From Raillietiella orientalis (lineage: Eukaryota): DNA of 64,000 bases. Below the pieces are notes generated by a model, which saw nothing but the letters and a program-made list of their open reading frames with translations, was not told the origin of the DNA and ran no database searches. Both the position numbers and the translations under genes were made by a program. The stretch is taken from positions 2,356,001 through 2,420,000 of the forward strand of contig JAYWIR010000024.1 of the NCBI GenBank assembly GCA_036172245.1. The letters run 5' to 3'. The number at the start of each line of letters is the position of its first letter. Positions within the stretch are counted from its first letter, which is position 1. Shown one piece after another: positions 12,101-25,169 of this stretch.

Positions 12101-14435
12101 ACTAGGACGGGTAGCGGAATCCGTGGTCAGTCCGGAACAGACTTACGCTGTCCCCGGACGAACCATGGAGGCCAACCTGTTCCTCGCCAGCAGCTGGTGG
12201 CAGTTGCAACAACGCGAGGCTCAGCTAGGTCGTGAGAGTCTTGGACTCTCCACAGATCGGGGGGAGGGAAGCCGAAGGGGTGAAGCGGCGCCCGGAGCCC
12301 TTGCGGTCGCAGTCGATCTGCGTAAAGCTTTCGACAGCGTCGACCAGGAACTCCTCCTGGAGCTTCTGGAACGCATGGGATTCCCGGCCGACTTCCTGGC
12401 CTATCTGCGCTCCTGCTGGCGCTTCGCCTACATCAATATTTGTTTCAGCGGCCGGCACGTGTACGGCGTTCCGGTTCGTCGCGGCATTCGGCAGGGCGAC
12501 AGCCTCAGCCCCCTGCTCTTCAGCATCTACTTTGAGTTGGTGCTGAGAGCATACAGGGAGACTTTGGCAACCCTTCCCGGCTCGTGTCCCGGCACGCCTG
12601 CCGTGTCGGCCTATGCGGACGACCTTCTGCTCCTGCTCCCCGGGTCCACCCCGGCATCGGCGCTCGAGGATTTCTTCGAGTTGCTGAGCCACGGTTCAGG
12701 CCTCGAGGTGAACAGGGCGAAGTCGTCGATCATCTTCACTGACTCGTCGCGGGCAGGATGGCCGGACTGGATCCGCTTGGGGATCCCCACGGGCGGGTAC
12801 TTCAAGTACCTGGGCGTTCCGTTGGGGGACTTCTGCGCTGCAGAAGCCTGGTCCGACCGTCTTCAAAAGGTGGAGTTAGCGATCGGCCCGTTCCAGGACG
12901 GCAAGTTTTATTTGCGGGAACGGGCCGCGGTGTGGAACGCCTTTGCGGCCTCCCTCCTTCGCTCTCTACTTTTTGTGTGTCCCGCCCTTCTCCAAATTAG
13001 GACACGGACAAGGGACCTCATCAGACTCAAAGATATGTGCTCTCCACGCAGGGACGGTGGACTTGGTATCCTGACGTTGGAGCGCATGGAGCGTCAGCTC
13101 CAACTAAGAAAACTTGCCTTCGCGGTAAAATATTGGACAGCACCATGGTGTGCGCCCATACGACTCCTCGCCCACAGGGCAACCGGCTGCGATGGACTAA
13201 CTTCAGCCCTCGTAGCCAACGACGGCAGACTGTACCATTGTGGTTCACAGCTACGTGAATTGGTAGCCCTGGTGAGGAGCAACCCTTGGATCTCCTGCAG
13301 CCCCGCAAACTGGACTACCTGGCTCCAGGAGTCCGTTTCCGCCAAAAATCAACGGCTCCAGAGAGGTGGACTTCTCCTGCCTTCGTCGAGGCAGGAACTC
13401 TGGCCAGCCCCTGCGGGAGATCGTATGCAACCCACAAAAGCTTTTGTGGGTCTCATTCACCCCCCTTGCCCCCGTGCTTCCCTCCCTTATAGAAGCCAGG
13501 GACAGCCAAGAGGAGGCTTGTTACGAAGTGTCCTGCCTCATCGGAGGCAGGAAGAAACCAATGAAGGCGTGGACGTCCCGGGAACTAGCGGACGCTACAA
13601 CCCCGAGTGTCCCGCCAAATGGAATTGTGCGCTGGGGCGAGCTGCTCGGCATGCCTCCGGAGGAGGTGAAGTGGCCCCCGGCGTATTGGGACAGTGGCAC
13701 CCTCCCCTTGGATTGGCAGGAGACGGCGCTGCTTGTGCTCCATTGGGGAGTTCTGAGCAGAGCACGCCTGTCTCACTGGACATGAGGGAGAGTGGAAGCC
13801 CATTGTACAGAGTGTGGGGAAAGGGAGACCTTCCCCCACTTACTCATCGAATATGTTGCCCTCCGCCGAACGTGGTATCGACTCTCGTCGGCCATAAAAG
13901 TAGCGGTGGGCGACCCTAAAAACATTTTTCTTCGCCTCTTGATGCGGAACGCCCTGCCAGGTGCCGCGTGTGTTGCAGTTCTCTGCTGCATACGAGGAAT
14001 ACTGGACAAGTGGTATGCGTCGATAAGAGGCCACAGCAGTCGGAATGCCATCCACTGGGCGGTGATCTCCATGGAGGAGGCTTCCCGTTGGCGCCGGCTG
14101 AGAAAAATTCTGCCAGCACTTGTTAGCATCAGGAATCAGATGCAGAGGCCTTCACTCAGCGAACAGTGATCCCATTCCTTCCCTCTCCCTCCCCATAAAC
14201 AATGTCCCCCAGACGTTTTTTTTGTTTTTTTGTTTTGTTCTTTTTGCTGTCCCCTTCGCGAGTGGGGTAGCCCTTACCGGCACTCAAGTCGGTAAACAAG
14301 TGCAAAAAATATTCGAAAAGTGTTGCGACAGGAACACAAAACAATTCAAACATCGACTGAAATTCATAATTGTGATTTTATATTTTTAAAATAATAAAAG
14401 CCCCGGCTTACCCGGGTGAAAAACCCGGGTGAAAA
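9167..14435 (+). mobile_element. L1/Tx1-clade non-LTR retrotransposon, 5'-truncated just before ORF2 (APE endonuclease + RT + zinc-finger region + 3' UTR), inactivated
   Basis: APE motifs IACWNVNGL, LLQETH, NVYAP, AGDFNA, RIDHVF, SDH (9183-10094, frameshift ~9390). RT motifs WRPIT, DLRKAFDSV, GIRQGDSLSPLLF, YADD, KYLG, GGLG (11517-~13400). Frameshifted C-terminus with CTECGERETFPHL. TSD CATTCCAGC at 9158-9166 and 14436-14444. Confidence 0.93.
10095..11516 (-). mobile_element. 5'-truncated related LINE inserted antisense inside the Tx1-like element
   Basis: Minus-strand peptides RDFCAPRRDGGLSLLTLERVEIQL, WGELL and the CCHC finger CARCGEWESLSHLLADC (ORF 10299-10850). A distinct 3' UTR ends in AATAAA at the junction. 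Confidence 0.88.
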
Positions 14436-14444
14436 CATTCCAGC

Positions 14445-15300
14445 TGTTTGAATAGCGTGGATGCTTGTTCTCGATGACTCAATTCGAAGACTCACTGCCT
14501 CGTGGTGACCGCGACGCACTCCCCAAGAAGTGGAGCCTGAAAGGGTTTCCATATCCCTCCTCCAGAAACCTTCTCCTTGAAGTGGCAAAAGTCCAGAGTT
14601 GCACAGGGAAACGTTTCGTCATCCTTGCCTTTGCAGAGGCTTCTGCTAGTATCGTGTGGTACGCGACATCAAGAACGGAAGTGCAATTCAGGAGATGGAG
14701 AACGGAAAAAATGATTATTCGCATCTGTCTTTGAAATTTCTTTTCGTTTCCGAAGAGGTCTTAACCTCTGCTATTTCCACCTTTCAGTCCGTACGTTCGA
14801 AAATTTCGCGCTCACTTATTCACCTCACGTCCCACTGAGTCTTCAGTCTGCCAATATGCAATGCTCATCTCTTTTCATTAGACTTCCTGATGGGATGGTG
14901 GCTCGATGAGGCTGTGCCCGTTTCTCCACTTGTGAGTGCAAATCCATTACACCGGCGTGCACTTGATCGATTCTGAAAACTCGTGTGCATCTCCCTGAGA
15001 TTCTTGCAGGCTGCAGATGTTGTCGTCACATCCGGAGGAAAGCTGCACCGTACGCTTGCCGTGCGTTCCTTCTAGCAGAAAAGCGAAATTCGCGCCAATG
15101 ACGGATTGGAATGGTTGAGATGTGATGGAAGCAGTAAAAAGGAATGATCTCCGAGGGGCGACTTCACCTGCACTGTTCCACATCACGACTGAGCCTCCAT
15201 ACTTCTCAAATGCTACTTCAAGAACTGTTCACTTTCACCCAAGGAAAGAAATACTGACACGATTGGACTTTGGCTTTATGGTACATGAGATGAGGAGAAA
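14445..15300 (-). mobile_element. Ancient degenerate LINE reverse transcriptase remnant (different family)
   Basis: Ordered decayed motifs on the minus strand: SSGCDDNI (PGxDG-like), HRATIPSGSLMKRDEHCI (YRPISLLS..K..E-like), VLDVAYHTIL (AFDxVxHxIL-like), LGSASRSP (QGS.LSP-like). Confidence 0.4.
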
Positions 15301-16049
15301 ATCCTTTTTTTCTCGCATGAAGAAAGCGTTCTTCTAATGGCTTTCCTGCGTCAAAGGTTGCTAGTCAGGAATGCTTCATTCGGATGCAACGGCCGTTCGA
15401 CTACCGTGGACAGCGGCCATCACCTTTGAGTCTTCACTCCACGAAGCAATCAAAGCCAAGGAAACTATTCGCTTATCCTTAGTTTCACGATCACGAGGGG
15501 CGCTTTATTGAAAGATGATACAGTAAGTTGCTGTATCATCCGATGGCCGGCAAATCGCTCATGGCTGGCGAGCGAAATGAGAATGGCTGATCAAATCCGC
15601 AACTTTGAAAAAGCGTAGCGAGAATAGAAGTGTTTTACGTGAGGGTCGTTCCGCACGATCTTTTTTTCTAGGCAAATACGTAAGCACTCGTGTTGAGTTT
15701 CGCCCAAGTAATCCAAGAGGAAATCAGCCTCCTCTCCCATTCAAAAAAATAAAAGGGGGAAAGTTGGGCAAGTGCACTAAAGATATCCTGTGGCGAAGAT
15801 CGCAGTGAGGACCCGGAACGAGAGGTAATCAAGAGCAGAAGTGAAACGTCCGTAAGAGTGCCTATGAGGGGCAAAGGATGTGCCCGTGGTACATAGGTCG
15901 CAACCAGGTCTGAACCACCAAGCAAAGAAAAACACATTTTTTCCAAAGGGTGGGATTTGATGAAATTTTCGAGAAGAACGTTCGCATTGCGCTGAGGAAG
16001 AAAAATTGCAGCCTTTACTCCAGGCTGTAGCTTGAGTACGGAGATTCAC

Positions 16050-18460
16050 TCACAGACAAAACACGCACACTTACTCACATCAGTCAAAAAGCCCTCTGAA
16101 TATACAAATCACTCTCTTTTCCCCCTCTATCGAAGAACGTGATCCAAATCAGGAGGAATCTGGCTTTTATCCTACGTTTTTCATGTTCCACCTTGGGACG
16201 GCACAGTCTGAGGACAACCCGCTAGATGTCAGAGGGAGTACTATCGCCATCTTCGGGAAGCGGATTACTCCGCTTTCAGACTGCGTGAACCGCTAAAGAA
16301 AAGACAGCAACCTCTCGTCCGAAAAGGCGAACGCAGTTCTGGAGAGAGACAACCAAGCGCAGACAGCAGGAAGGGCGGGTGGGTGCTGGCGGAAACCGGG
16401 TGGGGACATCGTCCGATGGAAAGAACGCCCACCCTCGGACCGTTTGGGCAGACCTCACGCACGCACGTCGAATGCCGACATGCACGCACAAGGCGCGTTT
16501 GACCTGAGGTTGTCTGAGGAAAGTGGCGCGGGTGTGGTTCTTGTCTTGCGCGGTCGCTCCACTTGTTGACCGCGCATCAGCTCGTGGCCAACACGTCCAA
16601 CTCGCGGGCAACGAGTCCAGCTCGCAAAAGGCGCCGTTCTTCGAAGCCACCTAGGAAACGAACCGAATCAAGCCGCCTTTGACCGCGTTGGGGATCATCT
16701 CTGCTTCCCTCGACCCAGCATGCCGTGCCAAGGGGACCACAAGGTGGACCAGACGTCGTAAGATCCGTCCCCTTGGCAGATCAAACTGCACGCCGCAGCG
16801 GGTGGCCGTTCCCAGGAAGCATGCGCAACCCGCATAAGTCGGCACCTACGGAGGTTCTTTTCCCACAGGTTCAGGCGTCTCTTCTGACACCTCTGAGATC
16901 GCGGCCGTGGTGCTCTAGGCGGTGAGCACTGGGAGGGTCCGTGACCAAACGAGCTGAGGCAGCGAGTAGGGCTCGGCACCACCAACACTGCTAATCCAAG
17001 TTGCTGCCAACTCGGCTCGCCTTTAGCGCGCTGGTGTGCTCGTCCAGTCCTGGTCCAGTACTCGTCCACTCAGTTCTCTTCCCAATAGATCCCCCCTGCT
17101 TTCCGAAAAGGGCGCAGCCAGTCGAGCGCTCTGCAAGATCGGAGCATTCGGGAGAAGGCGGCAGAATCGTCGTCTTCACTTCGAAAGAAGTGCCCTTTCT
17201 GAGAACCATACGGGGCGCGGGAAGGAGCTGGTTGGAATCGCCACCAGGTCGCCTCGGAAGCGCGAAAAACCATCGGCCAGCTTCACTCCTCCGGGGAAAC
17301 GAAAAGGCAGAAGTTCCTTTCCGTCCTCACTTGTTGCATCCCGGGTAAGCAGCGTGCTGGGAAAAAATTGGAGCGATAATTCAGCTCGCTTCATTCCCGT
17401 TATCTTTCCGTGCCATTGTGCTCCCAACAAGCCGGAAGGAAGAGGAGCTCAATGTCCCCTCCTTGCACAGATACACAATGCTGCTTGTCCCATTCCATAG
17501 TTCTCGGTGAAGCTGGTTCTCGCCGGCCAGTTGATATCCCAGTGCATAACCCACATCCCCTGATGCATTCGTGAATGCCCTTTCCTTCCTGATATGCTGA
17601 GCCTGCGTCACCTAGCGATCTACGGTCCTTACACAGCCTGGTCGTTTGCTGGATCCCGAGCATCCAAAGAGGATCACCGTCACCGAGCATGCGAGGCGAA
17701 GCGAACAGCCTGTCCTCCCTCCAGACTCCCCTCGTTTCGTTTCCAAGACTCTTCACGGGCCACCCTTGCTTCGTTCGTCTTCTCCCTCGGGCCCAAGCCA
17801 GGTCGAAGAAGCTTAGGGTCCGTAGCAGAAATGGGATGCTTGCGGGTCCACCATCATCCCGTCCACCAGTGTAACGAGCGTTCCGGCAATGAGGAGCGAA
17901 TTGCCTGAGCTGCGGATGGAGAAGCCAAACGTGAAGGACCTTCTCACTCCGTGCGTCTGCTGCGCCTGCGGTTCCTGGCCATTCCGGGTCGACGTCCCTC
18001 AGACAGAGTGGCGTGTTGAGCAACGCCTCCTAGGCGAGTCGTGGGCCGCACGTCAACGACCTTCGAAAAGGTTCGCTGCGGTGCTGCTCCTGGGGGGACT
18101 GCTTTTTCTCTGCTTCCCCGATCGCACCTCCTTGCTAATGCAAGGCTGAAGCGTCCCGGAACACTGAGCAGGCGCGTTTCAGGCCTCCCTTTCTCCATCA
18201 TGAGGACAGTATACCCGCGTTGGCGGTTGCGAGAACGCAGAAGTGCTGTGGAATCCGCGCGTGGAACCAAGGATTGCGGGTTCGAATCCTCACGTGAAGG
18301 ATCGACCTATAAAAATGGTTGCATAGTTGGCTTCCAGTCCTCCTTGCAACACAATGAGAATGACCTATTCTGGTGCAGCACTGGCAAAAGCCTAAAACGG
18401 ATGACTTCGTTGACTGACCGAGATTGGAAGCTAACTCCCTGGGTCACTCCAGGAATCAAG
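16050..18460 (-). repeat. Repeated flanking unit B (decayed, unknown origin), inverted copy
   Basis: Homologous to ~25250-27700, ~34330-36830, ~41860-43600 and ~55140-57740. No reading frame is preserved across copies. Confidence 0.8.
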
Positions 18461-18479
18461 GAACACCGGTTTCATTCAA

Positions 18480-19520
18480 GGTTCCTCTCCAGTTGTGAAA
18501 GCGGCGCCGTCCTTGCCTCATAGAGAAACTCTCCATTGCGCACCATCGAGCTAGTTGAAACCTCTCTCGGAAGATTGCTTCTCCAGACAGTAAGAAAGGC
18601 CCTGCTTCCTTAGGGACTCTCTTCAGAACAGGAAGCAGGTAGCCCGATCCTATCGTGGAAACAGTTGGAAGCTCCGCTTGCGAAAATGCACTCAAATATC
18701 TCTGGTATGCCTGGGAGACAGCTGGGATATTTTTGAGCTCTACAGCGAAACTAGAACTACTTCGACTATTGGAAAAGAAGAGGGGGAACAGTGCTCAGTT
18801 TTCTTGTCGACCCTACGGCTGCAACCACCACTTGGAATTTTCCACTCAGTAATTTCAGGGTGAAGTGTGGCTCACCGGTCGCCTACACGCAGATCGATAT
18901 GACCTATATTTCCAAGGCCAGGACGTGTACGGAGAGCGAGGGTTTCCAACTTCTGGACTTTTAGAAGGATGGAAGACAACAGGTGCAACTTTATCTCCGT
19001 TTCGGCAACTTCTGATATCGCGCGCGCTATAGCGGAAAGATCACCCGAGGTAACTTGAAGAGTCCCTTGATTGCTGCGGGTAAGGTGAGGTGTGATGAAG
19101 AATTGTGATTCATGATTCCGAAAGACGAGACATCTTTCAGGTAAGATCATCCGTTGTTAGAGAGAAAGAAGCGTCTGACAAGGCCGTGGTACAGGAAGCT
19201 GAAAGGGACGACGTCTCCTTGCTCGCTGCGTCTGTTGCTTTACGGAGATAGCGGCGCCGTGATTCCGTTCGCCGAACGGCTGACGTACGCAGGGATGAGC
19301 GTTGGGAACTCAGAGAAGCAGACGGGAAGCAGCTTGCTTTTCGCACCACCGTAAAACGGAGGGGAAAGAACTGGGAAACATCGCTACGAACGCGCCTGGA
19401 GATCCCGAAAGTTCGGCGTGTCCACGCGCAGACATTTGCGATTTAAAGTAGCAGCGAAGAGTCAGTGAGCGCCCCAGGCCAAAACTGCATCCAGTCCGTT
19501 CCTGCTGAGCAGACAAACCT
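18480..19520. repeat. Repeated flanking unit D, inverted copy at ~24090-25170
   Basis: Shared decayed peptides (IPKDE.SFQ; QLLDF*K.GRQ) and colinear DNA similarity. Confidence 0.75.
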
Positions 19521-20095
19521 ACAGATTCGGCATCCGTCTATGGCGAGAGCCCTGGACGCATCCTTCGGCAAACTCTTCTTCCACTTCCATCGATGTTGTG
19601 GCTTTTTCTTTTCCAAGATTTGTACTTTGATACTGCCGTCTCTGATAATCCTGACTCTTGATTCTTTGTCATGATTTCTTAGAGACTCCTAATTGGGTGC
19701 ACTTTGTTCCAAGAGAAAGGAGACAGAACGCTTTCTCTTCTCCCGCTAAAAACAAAATTCCCTTAAGACCAATGGAACTTTGACTGTCTCTTGCGCCCAA
19801 GTGCTTGTTGCTGGTGTTTGCTGGGGTTGCGACCAAGCAACAGCAGCAATCACATGATACGTTAGAGTCTGTTCGGAAGTCACTTGATCACCCCCTACGG
19901 TACACCCTCAACTTGGCTTCCTGCTCACATATGTGTTTTTCTCAATGGTGCCTTCATTTGAAGGGACACTCTATCGGAAGGCTGCTGCAAGCTTCGAGAT
20001 ACCACTGAATGCCAAATGAAAGGACACAGAGGAGGAATTATCTCCTTTAATTGGCATGCAAATCAGTGACCACCCACAACGCGAGCATCTCAGTT

Positions 20096-22718
20096 TCACT
20101 TCACAAGAATGGTGAGGATTTCGCGTTTCAAATCGATCTGCGTGATCAAGTACGTCATCATCTTCTGGGAAATCGTCCACATTTCCTCGTCCGACCTCAA
20201 TTTGCTGGCAAACCCCACTACAGGAACAATTCTGCGGCTTATCTGAAAGAAACATTCCGACGTCAGTGGAACATTAATCTCCCATCACAATGGTTCAGGA
20301 TTTCGTCCACTCTTCCGATTTGCGGGAGACACGAGCGAGGAAAAGACAGGCGTGTAAACGACGGGAGACGCGATTTTCCGGTTCCAACACTCTGAAATAG
20401 TGTCATGGACCGTTCAGATGGGAATTTATAATCTGGGGAAAAGGGAAAGTGACTCTTCGGTAATCACAGAACATGCAAGCACGTTGGTGTCAAGAAAGAG
20501 TGAAGTTGCTCGTCTTTGTTCGTCGGCAACATCACGAAGAAGAGCAGCTTTTGTCTATTCGCTTGCCATTTGGTCCATTGTAACTCTTAAGAAGACTAGC
20601 GGCTTGAACGATAGCAACTCAGTCGGCTCTGCGGATGGCTTAGTCCCATGGTAACTTAGTACAATTGGTTGAATGGTTGCCCATTTATTTGAGTGGAATT
20701 TTGCGAATTTTAGCTACTCACCGCCATATGGAACACGTAATCTTCTGGTTTCATCTCAAGCTCTGCACCATTCATAAATGTGTAGGTTACATTGGGCAAT
20801 GAATCAAGGTTACCAGCAGGCTGTTGAATAGCTGGAAGCTGCTAGGAATGGAAACTGATCTGGAGACTCACCATGTGCAAGTGGTCCACATTCAATGGCA
20901 CGATGTTGTTCCGGAATTGCTTCATAAACTTGTTGCTAACTTGAGCTACTGAGAGAGCTGTATCCAAGTAAGTAACGCAAGCCCTCTCACACATTTCTAT
21001 ATTGCCGACCTTGATGCTGGAAAGTAATAACCGTGTTGATCAAAGTTCTGAACTGCCACCGGTAGCGGCTGTGTGTTGCGATCGCATCCTCTAACCTCAT
21101 CCTTCGAGACTATGCAGAGGTTAAGTATGGATCAGGATAGGGCACCCTCATGTCCGCGGTCGAACGTCGTATTGACTAGCAGTCGGGAATTGTAAGTGAA
21201 CCCTTCGGAGTCACTCCCCCCTGTCTTAGAGTAATTCCCTTGGAGCTTTCCTCTCAGTGATTGAGAGAATGGTCACTTCCAATCTCCGTTCGCCGCTTCA
21301 ACCGTACCACGATCGGACGCGCGACAAAAGAAAAGCCGTATGAGACTCCATGAGGTTGAGTTGGCGAGCGTTCCGATGCTTTCACAGGCTCATCGCCAAG
21401 GCTCCATCTCGGAGGACGGAAAAAGGAAAACCTGAGCGTCATAGAACGACGGAAGCTGCAAGCAAGGATCCCAATTGCATCCCCAACGGCCGCAGTCAGC
21501 TGCGGTCGTCTTTCTGGAATCCTACATGTTCATTGTCCTTGAAGATTGAGCTGCAGCTATAAACAATGACGTAGATGATCCTTAGCTGGCAGAATCCTAG
21601 AACTCGGCAACCGTCAAAAAGTTCTTTCTACACACGCTACCATTCGAACTACTGTCTTCAACTTGCACTTAGGAAACGACGACAACACAAGCAATTCCGA
21701 GTTCAGACTGCAAGGAGGTTTGCACTTACCTGCGCAGGTGAATCTCATAGAGCTGATCTTTCTTCTTGATGGGGTATTTGGCACAGAGATCGGGATTTGG
21801 AAATGGATAGGATTCTCCCAAAACAACACTCCCCTTTTGCTCTCTCCTGGATCGAAACGTTTCACGTGTTTGCCATATTTCGAAGGTTTGCTTTACCGAT
21901 CAAACTGCATGTAGGCGACTTCCTGCAATTTATGGTTCTTCAGAAACGAACTTAAAGACAGCGGATTTATGCCGAAGAACCCGTCGACCAACAGGAAACT
22001 GAAGTAACTGCGTGGATACGGATCTACATTGAAAACTGCGATGTTCCCTGTGAAACTTTCATATCCAAATTTCTGGAACGGATCCGATTTGAATGCCACA
22101 TGTACACAGTTGACCCACGAGAGGGGCCTCGTTTTGGTGCACGAAATTTCAACTCGGCAGCCATAAACTCACAAAGTTGAAGCTGCGTTGATGTCCAGCC
22201 AGTTTAACATTCATGAAAAGATACTGCTTCTCTTGAGTGGTTGCAGGGTTGTCTGGCAACTTCGAAATATCGTATGTTTTTCGATGTTCTGCAAAGAAAC
22301 GGAAATCCCGGATGTTCCCACTCTCAGTCCATTCCCCTTTACCGCAATATTTCGACGAGCATCGTGATGATGGAAGCCACAGAACATCAGTCCAGGTATC
22401 GAACAGCACACTGTATGTTGTGAGGTTGGTCATCATGTCTGCAGTGCATGCCCCCTTGAAAAAGAAAGAATCTCTTGTTATCTCCCTGCATTTCTGAGAA
22501 AGATGACTCCTACATTGGTACACATCAGGTTTATTGCGACAGCTTCTCCTTCTTCATGAAAAAGTGATCTGAAAGAGAAAGAGAGAGAGAGAGAGGGAGG
22601 GAGAGATGATGGTTCAAGCAGAGGGAATTCAAGTGGCGGGGATAATCCAGAATAGTTGCTGGAAAACTCACATCGTCAGAGCCAAGAATGAAACCGCAAG
22701 CGCCTTCGAAGCTGCCAT
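20096..22718 (-). CDS. Secreted pepsin-like aspartic protease homologue, copy 2 (9 exons, apparently intact)
   Basis: Same intron positions and phases as copy 1. MAASKALAVSFLALT..., YSVLFDTWTDVLWLPSSRC, DGFFGINP, CERACVTYLDTAL, ends ...QIDLKREILTILVK*. No stops after splicing. Confidence 0.87.
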
Positions 22719-23204
22719 CCTGCTCGCCTGACCTCTGGATCCGCCAAGGGTTGCTTTTATGTCCCCAAGGGCACTTGTGAAAATTTCGGAAAATGGAATT
22801 CCAAACGGCAGCAGGTGTTTCTTATTCCCACCTCAGGACACCTGCGCCACGTCTTTGCATATTGATTCCCAGTTTTCGAGACACGGTTTGGGAATTTCAC
22901 TAGACGGAGCAGCGGTTCCCGGGAAAGAAGAACCTGTGAACGCCGAGGTGTTTGGAAAGCGGATCACATTCGATTTAACGGAGTCGGCTTGGGAGCCCAT
23001 TCGTGCGAGACGGTAAGGAGAACCTTTTAAGGAGGCAGGGGACTCTTGCATCCTAAAGGTACACTCGATGGAGCTCTGGAACAAGCCTTCGGGTATAGGG
23101 CCGCGTAGGAAAGCTCGGACATCCGCGTTAGTGCACAACGGGCAGGCACATCCTGCTGCAGCATCAGGAAGTCGGAACGTTCCCAGTTTGGGACCAATGG
23201 AAGC

Positions 23205-23420
23205 TGCTGCACACTACAGGCTTTATGCTGTGACCCTTCTGAAGAGAACCCAAAGCTGACAGCTTTATGACGAAGAACCCGTCTATCAAAAATTGATGTA
23301 TTTGGTTGGTTGCGGATTCATATTTAAAGTGGATATTTTTAACGGTAAACTGTGGCGTCCGAATTCCTGGAACGGATCCGATTTGAATGCGACATGTACA
23401 CAAATGACTCCCCATACTGC
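23205..23420 (-). pseudogene. Isolated, frameshifted fragment (intron 4 end + exon 5) of a fifth pepsin-like copy
   Basis: EFGRHSLPLKISTLNMNPQPTKYINF / IDGFFVIKLSALGSLQKGH matches exon 5 of the intact copies, with a frameshift. Confidence 0.8.
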
Positions 23421-23424
23421 TCGA

Positions 23425-24000
23425 GGCGCTCCGCAAAGAGCATCGCTCTTAAAGAGGCAACTGTGTACATCTCTCGGGTTGTGCAGTATAGTCCCAGGGG
23501 TCGTTGCGAAACGTTCCCATAGAAGCCGGAGGAAAGCTGAATTCACAAGCAAGTGCAGGAGAGGTTCTTGGGCTAACGCCTTGCTCCCATTCTTCTCCAG
23601 GGTCCAATGATGTGAATGGGAGTTGCATGGAAGACCCCAGTGAAACAAAAGGAGCGCGACTCCACCCCTATTAGGAGTAAGGTGGAGCTGTCCGTTATTA
23701 TCGCTGGAAGCTGCGGATTTAAATTGATGTCCAGCATCTCGGTCCAGCAGAACAGTAGTTTGAGTGGGACACGGAGCTGAAGGATTGACGAGGTCTCATG
23801 CAACCCACTCACCGAGGTGTAATGTTTCTCCCTCGATGCTTCAGGTGACACCCCATATTACTGGTGAGCCAATGTATGGGATTGTCCACGAAAGGACAAC
23901 GGATGAGAATCTCTCTGGGGAGTCCGCGTTGGTGGCCATGTGGCTACGGTCCCTGTCCCCGTTCGGGGTTACTCTTCTTGAGCCGTTGCCTCAAGAGTCA
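23425..24000 (-). mobile_element. Degenerate 3' fragment of the L1/Tx1-like LINE
   Basis: FHWGLPCNSHSHHWT...LLHLLVNSAFLRLLWERFATT...PRDV aligns with ORF 10299-10850. Confidence 0.75.
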
Positions 24001-25169
24001 GCATGAGCAGAGATGGCAGTGTCAAAATACAAATGCTGGAAAGCAACGCCACAACACTGACGAAAGTGGATGAAAAGTTTACCAAAGATGCGCCCAAACC
24101 TTTCAACTAACGTGGTTCCCGAATTCATTAGCTTGCTTGCTCAGCAGGAACGGTCCAGAAGGAGTTCGGCCTGTTGCACCCACCGACTCTACGCCGCCGC
24201 TTTCAATCGCAAATGTCCGTTCGTGGACACACCGAACTTTCGGGATCGCCAGCCGCGTTCGTAGCGATGTTTCCGAGTTCTTTCCCCCCGGTTTTACGGT
24301 GGTGTGAAAAGCAAGCTGCTTCCAATCTGCTTCTCTGAGTTCCCAACGCTCATCCCTGCGTACGTCAGCCGATCGAGACACAAAAGGAATTACGGGGCGC
24401 GAGATCTCCGAGCAGCAACGGGACTCACGAAAGCAGACGCAGCGAGCAACAAGACATCCTCCCATTCAGCATCCTGCACTACGTCATTCGCAAACGCATC
24501 TTTCTTTCTAGATAGGAATACGCTGACCTGGAAAGATGGTTCGTCTTTCGGAATAGTCAACCGCAATTCCTCATCAAACCTGTTCGGGGTTATTCTTCTT
24601 GTCAGCTTCCTGGAAGAATAATTACAACGGGACACTCTTTCCTGGTTGCTGCAGCAACCAACTGGCCACGTAATCTTTCAGATGAGGTCACATAATCTTG
24701 CTGCGACTCAGCGCACGATATCAGAAGTTGCCGAAACGGAGATGGAATTGCACTTTTTGCCTTCCACACTTCTAAAAGTCCAAGAGCTGGACACTCTCAC
24801 CCTCGCGGTGCATTCTGCAGCCGGGAATGTCGGTCACCTCGATCTCGATGCGCGCGAACGGTAAGTCCCTCTTCACCCTGAAGCCACGGTGGTGGAAACT
24901 CCTAAAGTAGCCATTGGAACAGTAGGGCCGACCGGGAAACTGCGGAGTGTTCCCTCTCAGCTTCTCCAATAGCCGAAAGTCCCTATCGTTCTAGTATACT
25001 TGCAGAGCGGCATGAACATCCCAGCTCTCTCCGAGGCATTTCGGAGAAGTTCGAGTGCGTGTTCACAATTGGAGCTTTCGAATCTTCCCAAGAGAAGAAT
25101 GGGCGTACTGCTGCCTGCTCTGAATAGAGCCCGAAGGAAGCAAAAGTCTCTTTACATTCTGGAGAGGCA

